A stretch of 64,000 nt of DNA, taken from positions 1 to 64,000 of the forward strand of contig CAVRCJ010000018.1 of the NCBI GenBank assembly GCA_963719515.1. The letters run 5' to 3'. The stretch's first letter is position 1. Each line of letters opens with the position of its first letter. The notes beneath the pieces are model-generated. The model was not told where the DNA came from. It did no database searches and worked only from the letters and a program-made list of their open reading frames with translations. This document shows positions 29,623 to 39,434 of the stretch, piece by piece. Source of the stretch: an uncultured cyanobacterium (GTDB lineage Bacteria > Cyanobacteriota > Cyanobacteriia > CAKZMO01). The position numbers and the translations under genes were made by a program.

Positions 29623-30618
29623 ATGAAAAAAAGAGCACCTAGAAACCGCACGTTGACCTTGGAAGACGATGAAAAAGACACGCTTCTTAGGGAAACTATC
29701 ACACTTCAATCTGCTTGTGAGGCAGAGCAAATAGAAGGAAAAGTTATAAATCAGGATATTTTTTCTTGTATTGAATACTTGCCAGGCAATTTTATTGATC
29801 TTCTTGTAATTGATCCACCATACAATCTCAATAAAAAATTTGGTGAAAGCAAATTCTCTAAGAAATCAGAAGATTCTTATCAGGAATGGCTTGAATCATG
29901 GATACCAAATCTCAAGAGATGTCTGAAGAAAGACGCCTCTTTATATGTATGTTGTGATTGGCAATCTTCAAAGCCAGTTCAAGCCGTGCTTGAACGATAT
30001 TTTACAATCCGCAATCGCATCACATGGGAAAGAGAAAAAGGAAGGGGCGCAAAAACAAATTGGAAGAATTGTTCAGAAGACATTTGGTTTTGTACTATGT
30101 CAAATGATTACTATTTTGACGTCGAGGCGGTAAAACTTAAGAGGAAAGTAATTGCGCCTTATCGACATTCGTCAGGAAAACCGAAGGATTGGGAGGAAAC
30201 ACCTAAAGGAAATTACCGTCTAACACACCCCTCGAATTTATGGACGGATATATCTATTCCATTCTGGTCAATGCCGGAAAACACAGATCATCCTACTCAA
30301 AAGCCAGAAAAATTAATCGCAAAGTTAATTCTTGCAAGCTCTAGGGAGGGTGATTTTGTCTTTGACCCGTTTCTCGGTTCTGGCACGACATGCGTAGTTT
30401 CAAAAAAATTAGGTAGGCGATTCTCTGGCATAGAGATTGAATCTGAATATTGCGCTATGACAGTAAAACGACTTGCTCGCGCCGACTCTGACAACATCAT
30501 TCAAGGCTACCATGATGGTTATTTTTGGGAACGCAACAGCCTTGCCAAGCAAAAACAGAGCAAGAAAAAAAATAGTCAAGGTCAGGATGTTGTGATGGGA
30601 CTGTTTGATGAGCAATAA
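29623..30618 (+). CDS. N4-C/N6-A DNA methyltransferase (beta class)
   Basis: DPPY precedes HPTQKP and DPFLGSGTT. Confidence 0.92.
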   Translation: MKKRAPRNRTLTLEDDEKDTLLRETITLQSACEAEQIEGKVINQDIFSCIEYLPGNFIDLLVIDPPYNLNKKFGESKFSKKSEDSYQEWLESWIPNLKRCLKKDASLYVCCDWQSSKPVQAVLERYFTIRNRITWEREKGRGAKTNWKNCSEDIWFCTMSNDYYFDVEAVKLKRKVIAPYRHSSGKPKDWEETPKGNYRLTHPSNLWTDISIPFWSMPENTDHPTQKPEKLIAKLILASSREGDFVFDPFLGSGTTCVVSKKLGRRFSGIEIESEYCAMTVKRLARADSDNIIQGYHDGYFWERNSLAKQKQSKKKNSQGQDVVMGLFDEQ

Positions 30619-31765
30619 AATAAATGAGCTATTAGCGTTTATCGAAGAGCATAATGGTATTAACGATAAATCGAAATTATGTAAGCTTGTGGCGGATAAA
30701 TTTTCATTAACGAAAGACCGCTCTGTTTTTTATTGCAAAGAGTTTGCCATACGTTATAGCTCATCAAACAGCCAGAGCTTTTCAAATACAGTGCTTTCCT
30801 TATCCAAACTACAAAAGGTCGATGATCGCCCGTTTTTAGTTTGCCTAGTTGCCCCTAGTAGAAATCATATCCTTTTATCAAACACTACGTTCTTGAAAAA
30901 GATAAGCCACAGCTCTCAAGAGCTTCGTGAGAACAATATTCGTGGCAGCTTCAACGGCTCCGACATTATGCGAGAATTTGAAGGTATCGAGAACAAGCCA
31001 GAAAATATTGAACGGTTATTTAATATACACGCAGAAATCGGTTTTGAAGGCAACTTGGTACGCTTGGTTGAGGCAACGAACAATATTAGTCCTTCTGGAA
31101 CGAAATTTGCGCCAACTAATACGCAAATAGCCACTATATTAGATGCTCCACGCAGGGCCGTTGGTTTTGTTGGTAGTGATGATTTGCGGACGCTCAAGGA
31201 TGAATTGGATGTAAAGGTTGATCAATATAAGAACGAAATCTTGCTGGCTGGGCTGATAGAGAATGTGAATGTACGTGGGAGGATAATAGAATATCTGATT
31301 GCTGGTGAAGATGAGAGACTAAGGCAAGAAATTATAGATGCACTTTTGCAGAAATCTAACGGAATACCACAGTTTAAAACAGAAAATACTCTTGGCGATT
31401 ATTCGAGGGAGTTTGAAGAATATTTTACTGAGACAGATGTAAAGACAAAAATCATGGTTCTTAATTCAAACCCGAAAGCGTACAACCTTGATAAGGTTCT
31501 TGAGTTTTTGGCGACGAAAAAATCGGTGTTTATGTTTTATTTTGTAGGGATTGCACCAACAAAGATTGTTAACACAGTTCTAGTATCAATGTTTCAAGAA
31601 GACCTATTGAATTCAACTCTACTGCTAAAACACTGGTCAGGAAGAAATTCTAGGGGTGTTAGTCAGTTTGAGGGAAAAACAATTGGTAGGTTGATACTTT
31701 CACCGAAAAGTCACATCGACAATGAGAAAGCAACTAGCTTCCTTCGTAGGTTATTAGAGTTGTGA
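30605..31765 (+). CDS. Putative type II restriction endonuclease
   Basis: Overlaps the MTase gene; GD...TDVK PD-(D/E)xK-like motif; low GC. Confidence 0.65.
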   Translation: MMSNKINELLAFIEEHNGINDKSKLCKLVADKFSLTKDRSVFYCKEFAIRYSSSNSQSFSNTVLSLSKLQKVDDRPFLVCLVAPSRNHILLSNTTFLKKISHSSQELRENNIRGSFNGSDIMREFEGIENKPENIERLFNIHAEIGFEGNLVRLVEATNNISPSGTKFAPTNTQIATILDAPRRAVGFVGSDDLRTLKDELDVKVDQYKNEILLAGLIENVNVRGRIIEYLIAGEDERLRQEIIDALLQKSNGIPQFKTENTLGDYSREFEEYFTETDVKTKIMVLNSNPKAYNLDKVLEFLATKKSVFMFYFVGIAPTKIVNTVLVSMFQEDLLNSTLLLKHWSGRNSRGVSQFEGKTIGRLILSPKSHIDNEKATSFLRRLLEL

Positions 31766-31771
31766 AATTGA

Positions 31772-31843
31772 TTCTAACAAGGCGCTGCAACGGACGGCAA
31801 TTCCGCTGCGCTCCATTGCCACCGGTGAGCTTGGTCGCTATGA
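31772..31843 (+). other. Integron attC site
   Basis: TTCTAACAAGGCGCTGCAACGGACGGCAATTCCGCTGCGCTCCATTGCCACCGGTGAGCTTGGTCG; R'' TTCTAAC is the exact complement of GTTAGAA at the cassette start; distal core degenerate (GCT). Confidence 0.88.
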
Positions 31844-32267
31844 GGTTGATACAGTGCGATCGCAGATCTTGTAGAGTACATTGCTGAACATCAAACACAC
31901 CATTTTGCTGGACACCCCAACATCGCTCTTTCACCTGCACTCACACACCCGACTATCGAAGATCTAAAACTGCATACCCATGCCCAGAATTTGAGCTAAA
32001 CATGCAATGGGAGCAATAGCGCGTTTGCTCACCGCAACCCACCCCAAAAGAACCGCGATCGCACTATAAGTAGGCGACCTAAGCCTAGCGACATCAGCTC
32101 GCACTGAAGCGGCGCACCATAACAAATGAGAATTGCGGGCCGGGCTGCCCCCAATTAAAGTTCCGTAGCCCTAGTCACAAAGGATGCCAATGGTTTGAAC
32201 TACTGTTGGCATGCAATCGACAGAACGGCAGCCGCTGCGCCAAGAGGGAGCGGTAGCTAAAGGGGGA

Positions 32268-33902
32268 GTGACCATCAATAACGTGATTATCAACAAGCTC
32301 AAGGCTTTGACTGGAGCAGCCGCGATCGCCGCCGCGATGGGCACCGCACTGCCCGCGATCGCCGACACCTTTAATCTGCAAGAGGCAACCCTGACCGACA
32401 TTCAGGCCGCGATGGATGCAGGAACCTTGACGTCGGTGGAGCTGGTGCAGCTTTACCTCAACCGCATCGATGCCTACGAAGCCGACGGCCCCGCCATTAA
32501 CGCCCTGATCAGCGTGAACGACAACGCCCTCAGCCTTGCCGCCGAGCGAGACGCGGCCCGTGAGGCGGGGGAGGTGATGGGCCCACTGCACGGCATTCCT
32601 ATCATTTTGAAGGATAACTACGACACCGCCGACATGCCGACCACGGCAGGCTCTGACGTGCTCATGGACGCTATCCCGCCGGACGATGCGTTTGTGGTGC
32701 AGCTGCTGCGGGAGGCCGGCGCAATTATCCTCGCCAAGGCCAACATGAGCGAGTTTGCGGCCTCCTACGGGCGGCTGGGCTACAGCTCGCTGGGCGGGCT
32801 GACGCTGAATCCCTATAACCTAGGCCGCGATGCGTCGGGGTCAAGCAGCGGCACGGCGGCGGCGATCGCCGCCAACTTCGCCGTATTGGGTACGGGCAGC
32901 GATACGGCAGGCTCGGTGCGCGGCCCGGCGGCGGTGACGGGGCTGGTGGGCATTAAACCCACCATGGGGCTGGTGAGCCGCGACGGCATCGTGCCGCTGA
33001 CCCTGTCTTTTGACGTGGCCGGACCCATGGCGCGCACCGTCACAGATGCGGCGATCGCCCTGGGGGTAATGGCGGGCCCTGACCCCGCCGACCCGCGCAC
33101 GCTAGAGAGCGCTGAATTTGCCGTCGAGGACTACACCCCGTTTTTAGACGCAGACGCCCTCGCCGGCGCGCGGGTTGGCCTGATTACTGACTTCATGGGG
33201 GGCAACCCAGAGGTAGACGCCCTGATGGAAGCGGCGATCGCGGAAATGGAAGCCTTGGGCGCGACGGTGGTCAGGGTCGACCTGCCCGAGTCGCTAGAGT
33301 CGCCCTGGAGTCTCTTGGGCCCAGCTTGGGACAATGAGTTTGAGCCCCAAATCGAGACCTACCTCAGCACCCTGCCGGACAACTATCCTAAAACTCTGCA
33401 GGCCCTAATTGACGCCAGCCTCGACCCAGCGATCGCCGAATCTGAAACCCCCGTGAACCCGGCCCGAGTCGACAGCTTTGTGGAGATGGCAGAAGCGCTG
33501 GGGCTGGCGGATACCGGCCTGCTCTACAGCCTGTCGAATCAGCTGCCGATGGCGCGGCAAACCCTCACGGGCATCATGGCCGATAGCGATTTGGACGCCT
33601 TTGTCTACCCGACGATGAGCTGTCCGGCTAGCCCGATTTATACCCTTGAGTCGGACCCGACTTATCTGTGCGAGGCCGCCGACCCCTACAGCGCGGGCTA
33701 TCTGGCCAACGCTACGGGCTTCCCCGACGTGACTGTGCCCATGGGGTACACCGAGGCGGCCCTGCCGGTGGGGGTATCGTTCATGGCCGAAGCCTACAGC
33801 GAACCGACGCTGCTGGGGCTGGCCTATGCCTATGAGCAGGCGACCCAGGTGCGGCAAGCGCCGCCGACAACCCCGCCCCTCTCGGGTGAGCAGATTGACT
33901 AG
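32268..33902 (+). CDS. Secreted amidase-signature family protein
   Basis: LHGIPIILKDN, SGSSSGTA, GSDTAGSVRGPA motifs; signal peptide. Confidence 0.9.
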   Translation: MTINNVIINKLKALTGAAAIAAAMGTALPAIADTFNLQEATLTDIQAAMDAGTLTSVELVQLYLNRIDAYEADGPAINALISVNDNALSLAAERDAAREAGEVMGPLHGIPIILKDNYDTADMPTTAGSDVLMDAIPPDDAFVVQLLREAGAIILAKANMSEFAASYGRLGYSSLGGLTLNPYNLGRDASGSSSGTAAAIAANFAVLGTGSDTAGSVRGPAAVTGLVGIKPTMGLVSRDGIVPLTLSFDVAGPMARTVTDAAIALGVMAGPDPADPRTLESAEFAVEDYTPFLDADALAGARVGLITDFMGGNPEVDALMEAAIAEMEALGATVVRVDLPESLESPWSLLGPAWDNEFEPQIETYLSTLPDNYPKTLQALIDASLDPAIAESETPVNPARVDSFVEMAEALGLADTGLLYSLSNQLPMARQTLTGIMADSDLDAFVYPTMSCPASPIYTLESDPTYLCEAADPYSAGYLANATGFPDVTVPMGYTEAALPVGVSFMAEAYSEPTLLGLAYAYEQATQVRQAPPTTPPLSGEQID

Positions 33903-33967
33903 GCGATCGCCGTGTAGAGGCTAGATGTCGCTCTAAGGGCGATCGCCATAGCGGGTGGGTCGTCCGA

Positions 33968-34315
33968 CTACCGAATGGGCCGCTGCTGGATGAGGTAGCT
34001 GAGCACCTGACCTTGGGCGGGGGTGATGTGGACGCCGCGATCGCCGATGGCAATCAGCGGGGTCCACAGCCGCCACTCGACGTACTGCAGCACGTGCAGC
34101 CGGTTGATGGCTTGGCGAACGCCTTCGGGGGAGCCGATGATGATGTGCCTCAAGTGCTCGCAGCCGGGGGCTGGGGAGGGCTCAAGCAGCGTGGGGATAG
34201 CGGGTTCGGCTTCCATGGGGGAATCTAGCCGCAGCGCAGCGGGTTCCGCAGCGGGGTTTTGGGGCGCTGCGAACTGTGCCGCCTCTTGGGGCAGCGAATG
34301 ATATTGAGTTGTCAT
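33968..34315 (-). CDS. Small hypothetical protein, module copy 3
   Basis: Paralog with an in-frame 27-nt deletion in the Pro-rich linker. Confidence 0.8.
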   Translation of the reverse strand: MTTQYHSLPQEAAQFAAPQNPAAEPAALRLDSPMEAEPAIPTLLEPSPAPGCEHLRHIIIGSPEGVRQAINRLHVLQYVEWRLWTPLIAIGDRGVHITPAQGQVLSYLIQQRPIR

Positions 34316-34540
34316 GAGGGACTCCGTTTTTGAGTTAATTGGAGTCCCCCGCCGACCGGACATCCGCGACGTTTTTGGTTTTGGGATGGCCGGGTAATAT
34401 CATTACTCCAGGCCGTTCCCGACAGCCACTATCTGTCGTGGGGGCTTAGGGGCTGCATGTTGTCATCAGCAACATGCGGCTCCGCCCAGACCGAATCTTT
34501 GGGAGACTAGAACCATGGGGACCACGGCTCATAGCTCCAT
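34316..34540 (-). ncRNA. Putative structured leader RNA, module copy 3
   Basis: Same stems as copies 1 and 2. Confidence 0.6.
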
Positions 34541-34892
34541 AAGGTAGGACATTTGTGCGTGGGTTGGCAAGAGGGCAGCGCGGTTTTCTGTTGAGGGTGG
34601 CGATCGCTTTGGGGAGGGTGGCGATCGCAGCTTGGGAGAGCTATTGGCCAGCTTAGCAGTTCTGAGATCTTGCTTTTTTCAAGCGCTCATCGACTGATCA
34701 CTGAAGAAATTTATTCGCCAAACCGGGGTGAATGCCTAGAGTTTGGGCTGAATATGCAATGAGAGTGATGGTGCAATCGCTTATCGAAATGCGCACTACA
34801 AGATCCTCGATTGCACTTATTTTATGAGTCAGGGCATACTTATAAGGCCCCTACTGTAGTCTAGCGACTCAGCCAACTTAGAATCTGTCAAC

Positions 34893-35642
34893 ATGCAGCA
34901 ATCCGAGTCAAAAATTGCTTTGCTGATCGATGCAGACAATGCTCCCGCATCGAAAATTGAGTCAATTCTATCTGAAATTGCGAAATATGGAGTTGCCAAC
35001 ATCCGCAGAGCTTATGGCAACTGGAAAAGCTCAAATTTGCAATCGTGGGAGGAGTGCTTACATGAATACGCTATCCGCCCAGTCCAACAGTTCGATTACA
35101 CCAAAGGTAAAAATGCTACTGATGCATCAATGATTATTGATGCGATGGACTTACTTTACACGCAACAGCTAGATGCCTTTGCTATTGTGTCTAGCGATTG
35201 CGACTTCACTCCTCTAGTGATGAGGATTTTGACAAATGGCTTGAAAGCCTATGGATTTGGTGAGAAGAAGACTCCTCTAGCCTTTGTCAATGCTTGCTCA
35301 ACATTTCTATATCTTGAAACAATTAATCAGACTATAGCTTCTGAAGAGGAATCAAGGTCTGCTAAAAGCGCCAGAAAAACCAGTGAAGAGCTGAAGCAAG
35401 ATGCAAAGTTAATGAATTTATTGCGGAGCGCTATTTCTAGTACTCTAGATGATGATGGTTGGTCAAGCTTAGCAGTCCTTGGTGGACATATTAAGAATCA
35501 GGCATCTTTCGATTCGCGCAACTATGGGTACGCCAAATTGAGTGGCCTTTTTGAGGCTATTGATCTATTCGAGATTCGGAGAAAAAATAAAGCAGTCCAT
35601 GTGAGAAATAAGCAAAAGGGAAATGTCAGCTCAAAGAAATAG
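34893..35642 (+). CDS. NYN domain protein with C-terminal OST-HTH/LOTUS domain
   Basis: LLIDADN, GKNATD, SSDCDFTPL, FDSRNYGYAKLSGL motifs; low GC. Confidence 0.88.
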   Translation: MQQSESKIALLIDADNAPASKIESILSEIAKYGVANIRRAYGNWKSSNLQSWEECLHEYAIRPVQQFDYTKGKNATDASMIIDAMDLLYTQQLDAFAIVSSDCDFTPLVMRILTNGLKAYGFGEKKTPLAFVNACSTFLYLETINQTIASEEESRSAKSARKTSEELKQDAKLMNLLRSAISSTLDDDGWSSLAVLGGHIKNQASFDSRNYGYAKLSGLFEAIDLFEIRRKNKAVHVRNKQKGNVSSKK

Positions 35643-35891
35643 CTATTAGCGATCGCAACTCAGCCCGATTTAGCCCTTCATCTACGAAATAGGGCCTTCC
35701 ATCTGCTAAGGCCGCACCACGCAGGGGGGCCGGGCTGCGGTCGGAGTTGATGTGTTGGCAGCGGTTCCGATGGACTGAGCTGAGGTGGAGAATCGGCGAT
35801 CGCCGTCGAGAATAGAAGACGGCGCAGAAACTGCCGTGACGCTGGAATGCCCAGGTTTTCCCTCCGCTACAGCCTTAGCCTTTCAGTCAGG

Positions 35892-35932
35892 CTTAATTCT
35901 CTAATAACCCAGAGATGGCGATCGCTTAATCT
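35892..35932 (+). promoter_or_regulatory. Possible Pho (SphR) boxes
   Basis: CTTAATTC / AATAACCC / CTTAATCT in 11-nt phase upstream of phoX. Confidence 0.3.
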
Positions 35933-36116
35933 AGCCTCACTAAACTGGCGATCGCCCCTGCCTGTAAAGGTCGCTGAAATTTCAGTACCGACCTTGCGGG
36001 CTATCGGGCTGTACATCTTGATGCGTCTCCTAACCATATTTGGCCCTGCCTCAATAGAGCCGACACTGGTTAGGGCAGGTCAATGACTCCGCTCAATCTT
36101 CGTCCTAATAAAATCT

Positions 36117-38321
36117 ATGAGCCTTAAACGTCGACACTTTCTCGCTTTCATGGGAGCCACCACTGGCGCGATCGCCCTATCCCCACTAGCGCACAATCGG
36201 CCTTTCTCTGGTTCTGCAGCTGCCAACGCCCAGGGCGCTGCGGATGGCGTTCTTGGGTTTGAGCCCATTAAAGGGCCGATGCCACTGCCCAGCTACGGTG
36301 TTGACCCCAGCCAGCAAGCCGCTGAGTTTAGCCAGTTTACTGTGGTTGACGACCTGGTGCTACCGGAGGGATACACCTACGATGTGATTGCCGCCTGGGG
36401 CGACCCGGTGGGCGACTCCCGTTTTGGCTACAACAACGACTACATTGCGCTCGTAGAAACCGCTCCCGGCGAAGGCTACCTAACCGTGAACTTCGAGTAC
36501 ATCAGCGGCGCGACCTGGATTGCGACCCATGCTGAAGTACTGGGCAAAGCGCTGCCGGTAGAGGTCGTAAGCGGGGTGGCTAATGAGGGAGAGATCGATG
36601 TTCTGCTGCTGGAAGACGATGCTCTCAAGGCCCAGATTGAAGAAATTGCCAAGGAAGCGATGACCGACCAGGGCATTGGCGTCATTGGCGTGCGCCGCAG
36701 CGCCAGTGGCCAGTGGGAGCGCAGCTTTTCCGAGGCAGACCGCCGCATCACCGGGATCTCTGGTCTAGAGGACGGGCGATACTTGGCATCTACTGGCCCT
36801 GCTGTGGCGGTATTTAACAAGACCGAGAAAATTGGCTACGAAGACAACCTGGGCGATCGCATCATCGGTACCTTCCAGAACTGCGGCGGCGGCATTACCC
36901 CTTGGGGCACCGTGCTCAGCGCTGAGGAGAACTTCCAGGACCAGGTCCCTGAGCCGGTCAAGCCCGATGGCTCGGCCCTGTCGCCTTCGGAAACGCCGTT
37001 TTACATCACGTCCGGCGATGTGGACGGGCGCGGCAATGTGTTTGGTCTGGCGGGCAACAAGTACGGCTGGATGGTAGAAATAGACCCAGCCAATCCTAGC
37101 GATTACGGCACCAAGCACAGCTGGCTGGGCCGCTTCCGCCATGAGGCGGTGGCCGTGCGGGCGGTGGCCGACCAGCCCCTAGCGGTGTACTCCGGCTGCG
37201 ATCGCCGTGGGGGCCACCTCTACAAGTTCGTCAGCACGGGCAGCATCAGCGACCCCAAGGACAAAGCCAACTCCGCCCCAATGACAGACGGTATGCTCTA
37301 CGCCGCCAAGTTCAATCCCGACGGCACCGGCACTTGGATGGCGCTGACCCCCGACACCCCCGTCGATCCTAATCTGCCCAGCAGCGTCGCGGGCGGCATG
37401 GTCACCCTGCCCCAGCGTCCTGAAGGGGGCTGGACCAAGGTAGAGGACGACGCCACTGCTATGGCGTTCAAAGCGCAGTACAGTACCCTGGGTGACCTTT
37501 ACGACGGTAGCCCCGAGGAGAAGCAGGGGGCGATCTTGATTGACGCTCACTACGCGGCCAATGCCGCAGGCGCGACCCACACCGCCCGCCCAGAAGATAC
37601 CGATGTCACCGCTGACGGCACCCTGTTCATCGCCTTTACCTCCGGTAGCCCCGGCGGCGACGGTGGCCCAGCCAGCGAAATCTTTGTGGGGCCCAACGGC
37701 GAATTTCCTTATGAGTTCGGCTGGATTATGAAGCTGCGCGAAGGCGGCAACGCCACCGACGCGATGGACTTTACCTGGGAGATGATGTCCCTGGGCGGCG
37801 AGCCGGCTGAGGGCGGCGCGGGTTTCTCTAGCCCCGACAATCTAGAGATCGACGCTAAGGGCAATGTATGGATGGTGACAGATATGTCCACCAGCAAGCA
37901 CAACCTAGCGGTGCCTAGCCGCACCGAGGCAGCGTCTGGTGAGCCGGTGAGCCAGTCAGACCTGCGGGGTCTATTTGGCAATAACTCGGTGTGGGTACTG
38001 CCCACCGCGGGTCCTCAGGCGGGGGAGGCGTTTATGTTTGCCTATGGGCCTATGGAGTGCGAGATGACCGGCCCATTTTTATCCGGCGATGCCTCAACGC
38101 TGTTTCTGGCAGCGCAGCACCCCGGCGAGCGCAACGGCATCCGTCAAGAGATGGCCTCGGAGACGCGCCAGTTTGCCATGAAAACCACTGAAGGTGAGCT
38201 GTTTGACCAGGCTCGCCAAGTGCCCTTGGGCTCTAACTGGCCGGATAAGACGGCCAACGCCGCTCCGAAACCGGCGATCGTAGCGGTGCGGCGGCTGGAC
38301 GGTAAGGCGCTATTGGGATAG
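36117..38321 (+). CDS. phoX: PhoX alkaline phosphatase (Tat-exported)
   Basis: KRRHFL Tat motif; NCGGGITPWGTVLSAEEN, GRFRHE, RPED, PDNL, QHPGE motifs. Confidence 0.92.
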   Translation: MSLKRRHFLAFMGATTGAIALSPLAHNRPFSGSAAANAQGAADGVLGFEPIKGPMPLPSYGVDPSQQAAEFSQFTVVDDLVLPEGYTYDVIAAWGDPVGDSRFGYNNDYIALVETAPGEGYLTVNFEYISGATWIATHAEVLGKALPVEVVSGVANEGEIDVLLLEDDALKAQIEEIAKEAMTDQGIGVIGVRRSASGQWERSFSEADRRITGISGLEDGRYLASTGPAVAVFNKTEKIGYEDNLGDRIIGTFQNCGGGITPWGTVLSAEENFQDQVPEPVKPDGSALSPSETPFYITSGDVDGRGNVFGLAGNKYGWMVEIDPANPSDYGTKHSWLGRFRHEAVAVRAVADQPLAVYSGCDRRGGHLYKFVSTGSISDPKDKANSAPMTDGMLYAAKFNPDGTGTWMALTPDTPVDPNLPSSVAGGMVTLPQRPEGGWTKVEDDATAMAFKAQYSTLGDLYDGSPEEKQGAILIDAHYAANAAGATHTARPEDTDVTADGTLFIAFTSGSPGGDGGPASEIFVGPNGEFPYEFGWIMKLREGGNATDAMDFTWEMMSLGGEPAEGGAGFSSPDNLEIDAKGNVWMVTDMSTSKHNLAVPSRTEAASGEPVSQSDLRGLFGNNSVWVLPTAGPQAGEAFMFAYGPMECEMTGPFLSGDASTLFLAAQHPGERNGIRQEMASETRQFAMKTTEGELFDQARQVPLGSNWPDKTANAAPKPAIVAVRRLDGKALLG

Positions 38322-38401
38322 CGATCGCCGCCGCAATTTGGCCTACAGGAAAGGCCTTAGTCCCTCAAGGCCTTTCCTGTCGCGAAAAGACGAAGAGGCT
38401 A

Positions 38402-38590
38402 GGCTACAACTCGTTGGGCGGGCTGACCCATGGGATATACCGAGGCGGCCCTGCCGGTGGGGGTGTCGTTTGTGGCTGAAGCCTATAGCGAGCCGACGCT
38501 GCTGGGGCTGGCCTATGCCTACGAGCAGACTACCCAGGTGCGGCAAGCGCCGACGACAACCCCGCCCCTTTCGGGTGAGCAGATTGACTA
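38402..38590 (+). pseudogene. Internally deleted duplicate of the amidase gene
   Basis: 38402-38427 matches 32778-32803 and 38427-38590 matches 33738-33901. Confidence 0.88.
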
Positions 38591-38797
38591 TTAAGAGGCC
38601 AAAAGGTCGAAGCGGAATTCGGCGAGAAAGAACAGCAGGCTGGCGCTTTGGGTAGGGTAGTTGAGGGAATGATGCGCTGAGCCGACCTGTAGATCAACGA
38701 CTCATCAAAAGGGGTGATTGCTTGATTGCGTTGATTCTGGCGTTTAAGGCATAGGTTACGGTGTAGGGGTATTTATCGACGCTTAGACAGGTCGGCA

Positions 38798-38893
38798 ATG
38801 CTGCGGGAAGCCCTGATCATTGGCATCACTCAATATGATTGTGAGGCGCTGGAGAATTTCAAGACGCCAGCTAAGGATGCTAGGGGGCGTAGC
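38798..38893 (+). pseudogene. N-terminal remnant of a caspase-like (peptidase C14) gene
   Basis: MLREALIIGITQYDCEALENFKTPAKDA resembles the C14 N-terminal ALVIGI..Y...L.....DA pattern. Confidence 0.55.
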
Positions 38894-38959
38894 CAAAGGT
38901 TGTGGGAGGGGGCTGGCGGCAAGAAAAAAGGGATGGGATAATCATACCGTCCCACAAAA

Positions 38960-39083
38960 CAACACTCCGGACAGTTTTTGATGGCTAACGGTGGAATGCG
39001 GGTTTCAGGCCTCTTCCACAGCAGCTTGGCCAACGAGAAATCGAGGGTTTCAGCGCTTGTCCAGAAAAGTGTCCGGACTATTG
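38960..39083. mobile_element. MITE or collapsed IS (IS4-like ends)
   Basis: Imperfect terminal inverted repeats CAACACTCCGGACAGTTTT and AAAAGTGTCCGGACTATTG. Confidence 0.65.
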
Positions 39084-39264
39084 TGTCTGGTTATAGCTTA
39101 AGGTCTGTCATCTTGCTTGCTCAAGTAAGCGGAATCACCAATCTTGTTGGTGCAACAGAGGGGGGAACCCTACAATCGCTGCTCCCAGCTCAGCCCAACC
39201 AGCGCCTCTAGACTCCAGCCGTCCGTCTCTATTTCTATTCAGAGCCCAGAATATCGCTACCCCA

Positions 39265-39434
39265 GCGCCATCGGCTCCCTTCGCGCCGACAACTGCCGCG
39301 ACAGCCTCCACGTCCTGGGTTACGCCCGCCCCGACAAGTGGTCCTGGCCCGTGCCCCTGGTCAACACCGACATCATTCGCACCGTCACCTCCGGGGAGAT
39401 GATGCGAATCCTCACCAAGCGAGTGCCGCGCTAG
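39265..39434 (+). pseudogene. 3' remnant of the small-ORF family seen at 42599-42952
   Basis: ...NCRDSLHVLGYARPDKWSWPVPLVNTDIIRTVTSGEMMRILTKRV*. Confidence 0.85.

Larger units (their letters stand above)
33903..34665 (-). repeat. Dispersed module copy 3, starts at HIP1, heptad tract truncated
   Basis: Near-identical leader to copy 2. Confidence 0.9.

Noticed and set aside
20821..34665. Module copies as classical IS or MITE
   Set aside because: No terminal inverted repeats, TSDs or transposase motifs
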